A DNA stretch of 64,000 nt from Auanema rhodensis (lineage: Eukaryota; Animalia; Nematoda): assembly GCA_964057225.1 (NCBI GenBank), contig OZ059897.1:14694001-14758000 (forward strand). The letters are read 5' to 3'. Each line of letters starts with the position of its first letter. Within the stretch, counting starts at the first letter, position 1. The position numbers and the translations under genes were made by a program. Below the pieces are notes generated by a model. The model was not told the DNA's origin, made no database searches, and saw only the letters and a list, made by a program, of their open reading frames with translations. This document shows positions 31,723-42,611 of the stretch, in pieces.

Positions 31723-33318
31723 ATGTCTCTTCCACCACGAGGAAAGGGTTTAAGAGTTTTATCTCAATCTCAGGCTAATGTTACTTTAGCAGTAAGTTTG
31801 AGGAAAATATAACTTCAATTTTTAATCGGCTTGTAGAAAGAGAATACGGGAAATAAAAATACCTTTGAGGTTAATAAATTGCGTGATAGTCTCCCGATTG
31901 AGGTTTTTTCTTATTTTCTCTTCATACTTTGCATATAAATTTTAGAATGGTCCAGTTCGAGAGAAAAGAGGACTTATCAATAGAGTTTTAGCCACTCTTG
32001 GATTAATTAAAGGTTTGCAAATGAGTTGTTATAACCAACTTGTCATCTTTTCAGAGGAAAATACACCACGTCCCACTATTACCGTTTTGGAAGATGTAGA
32101 TGCTGTTGAAGGTAACGAATTGATTTTGAAGCTATTTACATGCCAAATTGATTTGAAGAAGAACCGAAAAGTCCTCCGACTCCTCTTATTAATTTCTCGG
32201 AACTTGGTATTTTCAATGATATAGCCACAACTCACCCTGATTTTGATAATGATATTCTAAACTACTGTCATCATATTCAAGTAAGTTGTTTCGTCTAAGT
32301 TTCATAAAAAGTTTTTGATTTAAGGCCAGAAATCCTGAAAACTTGGCTTCCATTTACGAACCTCTGGGAGGTGAACGTGTATTCTCTAAATTAATGAATC
32401 ATTTAATTTCTGTTGTTTCCGTATTACCACTACCGACTGAAGTTGTATATCTGGCTTCCCATTATGTTAATAACACTGTGGCGGTATGACTTGCTTTTTA
32501 TATAATTTTATACAAATGTCTACGTTCAGAGAGCTTCGTTCACTTTGGACGAGTTGGATCTTGTATGTCTGGCTTCAATACAAATAGCCTCCAAAGCCGA
32601 GCGTCAAGGATCTCAATTGCGCAACCTTGGTTATAGATTGGATTCAGCTGAGATCAATCGTTATGAATTGATAGTGAGCTTTGTTTTTCAAAAATTGACA
32701 ATTTAATATAAATTTCTAGATTTTACAAACTATCTCTTTCAAAATTCTTCCATCAACCACTATTCAGTTTATGCGACTCATGTTCCCACTCTGTCGTGTA
32801 AGTTTACTAGTATACGATATAGATTCTATTTTATTCATTTAGGGAAACCATGCATTCTGGGCTTTTGCCAAGTTTGCATCACAACTCATGCTTACTAACA
32901 TCAAATTGGCCTCTGTATCATCTACTCTTCATGCTGGAATTGTAATGCGTTTGGCATGTTATGTAGCAGGTGGCACTTGGGTACGTTTATAAAATTTTAG
33001 TTTTGAAACATATTTTTTCTTTAAGACTGATACTAATAACGCAATAGTTCAAGAAGATAGTAAGGATTATGAAGAATACATTGATCTTCTATGTAAAGTA
33101 ATTCTTATCGCTAGAGAGAATAGGGATTTATATGATGTAAGGAATTTTTTTTCATAGCTTTCGAAAAAAAATCTTTTTTTCAGTCATATCATCGAGTTGA
33201 AAGACTCGTCGACAGAATTATAAGGACGAATTATGATTTCTTTATGGAAAGATGTCAAGCTGTAAGACATGAATATGTTTACGAGAAGAGAAGAACTCAA
33301 TACAATGTTTATTACTAA
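31723..33318 (+). CDS. Divergent cyclin-fold protein (A/B-like or COSA-1/CNTD1-like), ~380 aa
   Basis: About 11 exons in frame. Cyclin-box remnants: DNDILNYCHHIQ, KLMNHLISVVSVLPLPTEVVYLASHYVN, LDLVCLASIQIASKAE, EINRYELIILQTISFKILPSTTIQFMRL, AKFASQLML. The N-terminus carries a KEN motif. Confidence 0.75.
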
Positions 33319-33815
33319 CTCAATTTTTTCTTTTATCTAACCCCTAAAAGCTTTTAAAAAATTTAAAAAATTTCTTATGATAATTTAACACTGTACTATA
33401 CTTTTTTATTTAAATAATGAGTTTTATCAATTTACCAACAATTTATAATATTGAACTGTATATATGGAAGAACTTTCCTAACTTCTCTGTCAACTTTTTA
33501 AGAGAGTTTTGTGTTAATGAATCGTTTTACTCTTCTTTCTTCTCCATTACATTACTGGAACACATATAACATGATTTAAACCAGTTGATTGGCGAGATTA
33601 TATATTGTTTCCCGGATAGCTATCAACTGGATTACTATGATTATGTGTTAAGCTGGATCGAGAAGTAGATTGATGATTTGAACTGCTTAGCCAGGCTTTT
33701 TAAGGCAAAGATTTGTTTGATTCCCATTATAACGCACAACTTTGATGGAATTATCATCGTTTTCTTTCCAATCTTTTTCCAGCTCTTCTTTTTTATTTTA
33801 TTTTATTTTTCAGAA

Positions 33816-36094
33816 ATGGGTTATATGCGACCTCTAATCTATGCGGTCTCGGCTTCGGCAGCAGTTGCCACAATAACTGCTTTAGCATTCGTTGTGACAA
33901 TGTATAACGATATTTCTACATTCCAAGATGATATTACTAAAGACTTAGCTGAGTTCAAAGTACTAAAGTTTCATTGTTTTGTTTTAATGATAATAAAACC
34001 TATTAGGCACATGCAAATGATGCATGGGAACAAATGGTAAACTCACAGGAAATTCGTTCTGCGACCGCTAGAATTGACAGATTCCGACGTCAACAATATT
34101 CTACTGGACGTATGTTTTTTTAAAAATTTCTCTTTGATGATAAAGTTATAATATTTGCAACAAGTTCGTATTCTAGCATCTGATTCTGCAGCTAATAATT
34201 CTGGCAGTGGAGGTGGAAAATGCAGTTGTGGTAATAACGTTTTATGTTACTTAAATTAGACTTGTTCTGCGTTAGGTCCTTCTGCAACTAATTGTCCTGC
34301 TGGCCCAGCTGGAGAACCGGGGGCTCCAGGAGAAGATGGAGAACCAGGAATGCCAGGAGTAGATGGAAATCCAGGAGAAGTAGGAATTGCTAATATGGAT
34401 GTACCCGCTAAAGGTATTTTTTAACTCAGGTATTCGGATCTAGTATCTGTTGATTTTTAGACGAAGGATGTATCAAATGCCCTGCCGGAGATCCAGGACC
34501 GCCAGGACCTGATGGACCACCAGGACCTCCAGGACCTGATGGAAATGCAGGAACTGATGGATCAGGAGGACCTGGTGAACCAGGACCAGCCGGAGAACCT
34601 GGACCTCCAGGTCCTGACGGAAATCCAGGTGCCCCAGGAGCTGACGGAGAGGCTGGAGCTCCAGGAACAAAGCAGGTCAACATGCCAGGATCAGCAGGAC
34701 CAGCTGGTGAACCCGGACCTGCCGGACCACCTGGAGAAGTTGGTTATCAGTAAAATTTGATTTTAAGTTTTGTATTTTAGGACGCTCCTGCAGGTGATGC
34801 ACCCGCTGGACCACCCGGTCCAGCAGGACCTAAAGGAAACGATGGACCAGCTGGTGGTGATGGAGAAGCTGGACCAGCCGGAGAAGATGGACAACCTGGA
34901 AGTGATGCTGCTTATTGTCCTTGCCCACCACGTACATCCATGATGAATACTGAAGCCGCTGTTGAAGGAGGCGCATCCCACGATGCTAATGCGGCTGGCT
35001 CATATAGTCAAACCCCATCCGGTGAAGCAGCAGCAGCACCACCTACCGACGAAGCCGCGCCATCTAGCGACGCTGCCGCTGCTGCACCAAATCCAGCAGA
35101 TTCTGGTGCATACAGTCAAGCCTCAGCTGGTGAAGCAGCAGCAGCACCACCTACCGACGAAGCCGCTCCATCTAGCGACGCTGCCGCTGCTGCACCAAAT
35201 CCAGCAGATTCTGGTGCTTACAACCAAGCCGCACCATCTACCGACGCTGCCGTTGCGGCACCAAATCCAGCTAGTGCTGGTGCATACAGTCAAGCCTCAG
35301 CTGGTGAAGCAGCAGCAGCACCACCTACCGACGAAGCCGCTCCATCTAGCGACGCTGCCGCTGCTGCACCAAATCCAGCAGATTCTGGTGCTTACAAGCA
35401 AGCCTCATCCGATGAAGCCGCTCCAGCTACCGACGCTGCCGTTGCGGCACCAAATCCAGCTAGTGCTGGTGCATACAGTCAAGCCTCAGCTGGTGAAGCA
35501 GCAGCAGCACCACCTACCGACGAAGCTGCTCCATCTAGCGACGCTGCCGCTGCTGCACCAAATCCAGCTGACGCTGGTGCATACAGTCTGGCTCCATCCG
35601 ATGAAGCAGCAGCCGCACCACCTACCAACGAAGCTGCGCCATCTAGCGACGCTGCCGCTGCTGCACCAAATCCTGCAGATTCTGGTGCTTACAACCAGGC
35701 CTCATCCAATGAAGCCGCTCCATCTACCGACGCAGCCGTAGCAGCACCCAATACACCAGACGCCGGTGCATACAACCAAGCCTCATCCACTGAAGCAGCA
35801 GCAGAACCATCTAGCGACTCAGCCGCTGAAGCACCAAAACCAGCAGACGCTGGTGCGTACAACCAAGCTTCATCTGATGAATCTCAAGCATCAGCAGAAC
35901 CTGCCGATGCGGCCGCATCCAATCCAACAGATGCTGGCTCATACAATCAAGCAGCAGCAGTATCATCTAATCCAGCCGAGGGAGACTCGTATGGAAAAGC
36001 AGATACAGCATCTAATCCAACAGGGCAAGATGTTCCTCCACCACCAGCCGCTGGCGGAGACAGTTATAATAAGGTCGGGGCAAGAAAAATTTAA
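33816..36094 (+). CDS. Nematode cuticle collagen with a very long Ala/Pro-rich C-terminal extension
   Basis: Six exons. Col_cuticle_N region ([30 protein letters not shown]...EFK|AHANDAW), RFRR furin site, KCSC...CPAGP cysteines, Gly-X-Y blocks and CIKCPAG, then [10 protein letters not shown] continuing in frame into ORF 34940-36094. Confidence 0.93.
35021..35860 (+). repeat. Coding tandem repeat (108-bp unit plus 66/81-bp partial units) in the collagen tail
   Basis: The unit start GGTGAAGCAGCAGCAGCACCACCTACCGACGAAG recurs at 35021, 35129, 35303 and 35492, with a variant at 35600 (spacings 108, 174, 189, 108). It encodes [36 protein letters not shown]. Confidence 0.95.
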
Positions 36095-36216
36095 AAATTT
36101 CTCAAAAGCACGAACAACAACTTAATTAATAACCGTTTATTTGACACCACGCATGCAATATGAAAGTTACAAATAAATATTTACATATCTTTTACTGTAT
36201 TTAACAAAATTATTAT

Positions 36217-39200
36217 TTAATTTCTACAACAACGAATCTTAGAAAAAGCTTGAGTTAAATGATATTTCATACTGAAGAGTAGGGGAATGAAAACTAATCC
36301 GTGAATAAGGGATAAGGTAACACAGAACATCAGAGACCATGCAAAAACCTGAAAAGAAAGTTTATAAAGAAGAAATTAAATACAGATCAAGAATAGGTCA
36401 ACCTTGAAATGTGTGTCACGTAAATCATTTGAATGACTTTTCTTATTTTCTTATCAATCAAGTGAATTACCGTAAGATTTTTAAAATAAAAGAATATGAA
36501 ACTTACTTTAGCCATATAGAGATTGACAAATAATAAAGGTAATGTACAGAGATCAGTCGAGATACCGGCTTGCATAACAGGAAAACCTACAGCACAAAGT
36601 GTATGAGTTAATCTGAAAATTAGAAAAGATGAATAAACACAGTTCATATAAATGAATCTTCATTAACGAACTTATGCTCTAAATCTTCTTTCTCTTCATC
36701 CGATTTGGATTTGATGGAGAGATCAGTACTGTTCGCATCTTGACTGTCTATAAGTGTGATAAATGATTTCTTCTTGACATAACCGAAATGCATACTTGTG
36801 GCGAAGAAATGGAATGACACATGAGCTGGAATATCAACACTGAATCCAATACACATAATGGATATAGACATCATAACTGGATCAAGACTGATTCCAAACA
36901 AGCTCAAGTAGCCAAAAACGCCTGAAAGTTGTTGATAATGTCAAATAATTGAAATGATACTGACCTAAGCAAGTAGATAATATAGCTGAACTAACAACAA
37001 AGACTGTTGTTGGATGAGAAATAAATAACATACAAACAATTATAACACAAATGAATGTAATTACAACAGATTGGAATGTATTACTTGGAATTTGCTAGAA
37101 AATAATAAATTAATTTAAGAATCAATCAGTTTGTATTGATACCTCAAGAACATCTAAGTAAAATGCAGCATCAGTGAATACAGATGCATTAAGTCTATAA
37201 CATATAGTTTAAAGAAAAGTTAATTATATGTTATAAGATATATTATGTGAATATAACTTACTCAGGATGTTTATCAATTTCATTTCTCCATTTCTTAAGT
37301 AAAACTCCTTGTGCACTCCATGATTTCAATTCTTTACCATGATAACCAGTACTAAACATAAATTTATCTACATATCGTTCAGATGTTCTGTAAATATTGT
37401 CTTTAATCAAAGTTTTGTTTGTTTATTCATTTACGTATTTCCCATAGATGTCTTGACAGAACGAGTACGGATTGATATAAATCCTTTCCAGAATGAATAT
37501 TCTGGCCAACTTAAGAAATCATCAATTGGAGATAAAGCGACACCATCTTCTTCATCTTCAGAACCATCTTCTGGCATTGAATCCAAGAACTCCACATAAT
37601 CGCTACAATTATATTTTTAATTAATTCAAGATTTAACATAATTAATGTGATTATGCTTTTGTTTTTAAATGTTAAACATACTTTAAGAAGAATTTGGTAC
37701 TCTCAGGGCCAATAGCATTGTCTAATTGTTCGAATCCTTCTTTCATTTTTATTAATTCTTCAATTCTTGATTTATTCTGAAGATCTCCAGGATTATTAAT
37801 AACAATCATAGCAGGATAATAGAATGGAACAACACTACGACTTCTCATACGATCAATCTAAATATAGAAATACAGTATATCTTAATTAAAATTTTCATTT
37901 AAAATTACCTCAATAATGGATGAATCTGGAAGGAACATCTTATCTGATGATAAATCAACATTAACTTGACATAATCCCTATAAATTATAAATTATATAAA
38001 TATATAATAATTATAAAATAAAACTTACATATATAGCTCCAGCTACATACATAATCCAAAGGAAGAAACAACCATAAGAGAACAGAGGCTTTGTCCAACA
38101 AGATACATATTGCTTAGCAAGTTTGTTTGTATGTTTACGAACAGCTTTTCCAACTGATTTCTATTTAATTTTTAAAAAAAATATATATCTTTGAAAAAGA
38201 AAAGAAAATTACCTCATAATTTGTATCTATTGGTTCATCAGCTAATAAAAACATAGCAGCTGTGAAGAACGTAGCTAAAAAGAAAATTTAGAAAATAAAA
38301 ATATTTTAAAATAAAACCTTGGAAAAGTACATCCATTACAATACAAGCAGCATTACCAATGCAGAAAATACGAATCTCAGGTGGTGAAGTTAAAACTCCG
38401 ATAACAAAAGATAAGATATTAGTTAAAGCTGAAATGGTAATTGCAGCTCCAGTTTGAACAAGAACCTATAGAGAATTATAATTATAATTAATAAAATATT
38501 ATTTAATATAGTTACCTCAGCTATGGCTTGTTTACGAGTAAGCTTCTCCTCTGATAGCACTAGACGATTCCAAGCATGAATCATGAGGAAGGAGTCGTCA
38601 ACACTAATAGCCAATACCAAGAATGGTGTAATACATAGAAGAGGTGAAAATGGAACACCACATATGAACATAATACCAAAAGCACATCCACAAGCCATAA
38701 ATGAGTTAATGCAAGCAATAACAGATAATATAACCTATAAATAATATATTTATATATAAATTATTATATTATATTGTATAATATACTTTTCTAATTGTTG
38801 CTTTTTGATTATATACAGTAACTCCACTAATGATAGTTGTTATAGAACAGAAAGATGTCATAATAGCAAATCCCACAAACATAAAAGGTCGTAATGAATC
38901 TCCAGCTTGTACAATTTCTAAAATTTTAATTAAATATATTTTAAAATATTTATGAATTTTATTATTTTCGAAGATTTGTTTACCTTTTTCAACAATTGTT
39001 GGAGAGAAAGTAAAAACGTTTAATCTTGTAGTATTGTATTCTCTATAAAAGAAAAGAAATTAGTTTTTTAAATAAAAATTATAAAATAATTACTGAGAAA
39101 AGAAACGATCCAATTCAATTTCCCAATCTTTAACCATTTGTTTATCCCAATATGCTTTTTTTTCTGCTCTAAAGTACAATACAATCAAGTTTACTGATTG

Positions 39201-40249
39201 AAGTGTTCCATCTTTGTTAACTTCAACTCCAAAGTAATTTGGCTGAAATAAGATAATTGTTAAATATTTTTATAATTTAATTATAATAATAATACCAATA
39301 AACTGAATTCTCTTCCAAACATTGATGATGTTGGATAAGCTAAATGAATTCTTTGAGATACAGGGTCCGTGTCATTGGATGACACTATTTGCATTCCATT
39401 CTATAAAAACAAATATTCTATAAAATAATTTAAATAATATATAATTATAAGTAAAATATATATTTTTATACACACATAGAATTGTCGTACAGGCTCATTG
39501 GCTTGACAGAATCCATAACAAAACTCATCAAAAGTTTCATTTTTACCATTTTCACTATTAAACATAGGGAAATGGCTTCCAATAAGATCAATAATCTAAA
39601 TTAATAAATTTGTTTATTTTATTTTTCAAAGATAAATATTTTTACTTGTACAGTTTCAGCTAACTCAGCAGATCGAATCATTGAACCATTGTCTTTTGCT
39701 CTTATTAATACACCCAAAGAAAGACCGATTCCATCAGAATTCAAAAATTGCTGTAAAATATGATGAAATTTTTTTTTTTTTTTGGATAAATGTTTACCTG
39801 AAATGAATTAAATTCCACTTTAGATCTAGCAGTATCACTAGCATATCCATCCATACCACTCACTTCCCTATATTTAATTATTCTTTACTCAATAACATAC
39901 AGTAATATTTTATTATTTTTTTAAAATCTAATTCTTTAAACTAAAAGAATTATTGTAAACTTTGTTTGGGACACGTGATTTTAAAAAAAAGGTATTTTTA
40001 AAATAAAATTCGTTTACAAATCCATTTTTTTTTGTATAATTTTCGATTTTGTATATTATATTGTTGATAAATATTATTTTTATCTTTAACTTACGGTGTT
40101 GTAGCCACTTTTAATGTCATCAATCCAGTAAATATCAATGATATATGAATTACTGTCCATGGATATTGGGCAGAAATACTTCCGAATTGTCGATATACAG
40201 TATGACATATCCTAACAAGATACGGTGTAGAAGGTTGTTTCGCCGTCAT
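36217..40249 (-). CDS. Patched-related (PTR) protein with a sterol-sensing domain
   Basis: About 22 exons, starting ttacag|ATG MTAKQPSTPYLVRIC. SSD motif ITPFLVLAISVDDSFLMIHAW...GAAITISALTNILSFVIG...PPEIRIFC. Second half: LDPVMMSISIMCIGFSVDIPAH, GFPVMQAGIST, LIHGLVFIP. Confidence 0.92.
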
Positions 40250-42611
40250 CTGTAAAATAAATCAAAAACTGTAACTATTGTATTCAAATTAATAAATTAA
40301 ATTTGACAGTAATAGCTAAATACACTTAAATAAATGAAAGTTGTAAGAATAGTGTTCATCATTTCTATATTTGGAGCATTAAAACTTTTTTTTTTCTTTT
40401 TAAATGGAATTTCAATTATTTTGTGATGTTAAACAATAATGAAAATAATGTGCAAAACACGTCATTTTTATATTTTGGTCTTTAAAGTTATAAAACAATC
40501 TCAAACTTGACTATTGAATTCAAAATGTAAAAATGAATGATATCGGACATTTGGACAAGAAAAGGTATGTCTGTATTTGGATGTAGAGAAGAAAATATAA
40601 ACTAAAGAAAGAATAAAAGTAAAAAAAACTGGTTGAGTAATAGTTCAAATGCTCTACGTGAAAAGAACTTACATATTTTTATACCGAATTTTCCTCTTCT
40701 TTTTTTAACTAATTCTTGCAAAAAGATATTTCTATTTTTAGTATTTTTATAACCGAGGCCAACTACAGAAAAAGGAGAATAAAAACACATTACTTAAGAA
40801 AACATGGTTTCTATTCAAGTAATCTGCCTCATTTTTTCTTATTTTCTTTCACATTTAACCTTTTTTTCTAATTCAAAATCGTTAAATTCAATAATCTATT
40901 GTGTTGTTGTTGCAAAATATACTGCTTATCATGGATACATTTATAAAAAAAACTGGAACCATAGGTTATGTTAGAAAAAAATTATTCCGACATAAACAAA
41001 AATATGAATTAAAGATGTCGAGAGATTGAAATAAGAAACAATCATCCTTGATGTTTGAATTTTCTTGAATAGACACTATAAAATTTTCTCAAAAAAATAC
41101 ACTGAGTTTGCCAAATCTGATTCAAAATATATGTTACATAACAACGTTTTGAAAAATTCTTCCCGGAATTCAGGAGCAAAATACAATTTTGGATAACAAC
41201 TGTACCCATTACAAGAATTAAAAGTTCAAAGAATCATATAGACATATGTTATGAAAAGTTTTATAAATTTGAAAATTGACCTAATTATATTTGAAAATAA
41301 AAAGAAAGATTAGTAGAATAGTGTTTTTTTTATATTTTTTTAAGATAATAGAAAATACAAAATATAATATAAAATAAATAAATTTAATAAGTTTTAAAAA
41401 AATAAAAATTTGATGAAGGAAGAAAAGGTTTTCTTTTTAAAACTAAATAATTTCTAAGATTTATTAAGAAAAATTACCTTTTTATGACAACAATCGTTCA
41501 AATGCCAGCTTCTAGTGCTCAGAAAATACAATTTCTCTCCTCCACTTGCTTAAATACTAATTATTAATGCTAAAAAGAGGAGGAGATGAGACGGTAAATA
41601 AAGACAGTGGTATAAAGTGTCTCATAAGAGAGAGTTTGACGATAGACGAGGTAAAATAGATGATGTTGTGTTGCAAAATTATGAAGCCAGACGTTTGTTG
41701 TGGAACATTGATAACCTGTTCGGCTCTTGTCATTACTGGGGTCAAGTCGTTGACAACGTGAACGTCTTCAGTTGGGAAACTGGCGACGACATTTGTCTAC
41801 ATATGGAAGATGGTGATGATGACGACAGCAATGGCAACATAATCAGATGTAAATGACTAACGGCGAGAAAGAAAACGATAACAAGATCAAATGACATCAT
41901 TTGAATGTCTTCGCAGAGTCAATGACAAAATGATCATGATATTAGGGATGTAATAGGTAAAAATGTGTAAATTACTATGTTTCTGAAAAACAGTTAGTAG
42001 AAAAGCAGTCGCACTCAATTTTTTATGGGACGTCCTGCACTTTACATAAAGTATAGAAATTATTAGGATTGATATTTTAATATTTTGATATTTCCATTCA
42101 TGCATATAGATAAATCAACATAATTCTTTGAATTAAATTATTATGCTTACAATAAAAGTAATAATAAAATATTTTTTTTCCAATAAAAATATTTCAAATA
42201 TTACAACTTGTTTTTTTTATTTATGTTAATTTAACGTATACGTACAAGTATTTTGAGAAGTACATTCATTTCTTAAAATTATTTTATTACAAACCGGTTG
42301 GTTGCATTCCAATTGAGAGACAGTTTCTTCTTAAATCTGTTACAAATTACGGTAATTTTGATATATTTGTAAAGAAAAGAATCATTATGTTCTGTTAGCA
42401 GGTATATTTCGTATTACTTAATGTTTTTGTTATATTTTATAACTATGTAACAAACGATAAATGTTTGGCACTAAGTTTTATACTAATATTTTGATCTAAC
42501 CTAAATCCAAAACCTGTAACTATTTTGATATTATATCCTGTTATAATGAGCCATGCTAACGATAGCCATATTATTATATTCATTATTACTCTTTATTCTA
42601 CTTTCCAATAT

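Noticed and set aside
35021-35860. CRISPR-like or transposon interpretation of the tandem repeat
   Set aside because: The units are in-frame coding repeats without unique spacers. No transposase, reverse transcriptase or terminal repeats were seen anywhere in the window.
26450-36094. Second operon formed by GPCPD1, chemoreceptor, cyclin and collagen (all + strand)
   Set aside because: The gaps are ~280-570 bp, the cyclin and collagen have their own promoter-like motifs, and chemoreceptors and collagens are rarely operonic.
34962-36125. Long alternative-frame ORFs (259 aa and 119 aa) overlapping the collagen tail
   Set aside because: They are a by-product of a stop-poor GCN/CCN repeat; the frame continuous with the collagen explains the region.
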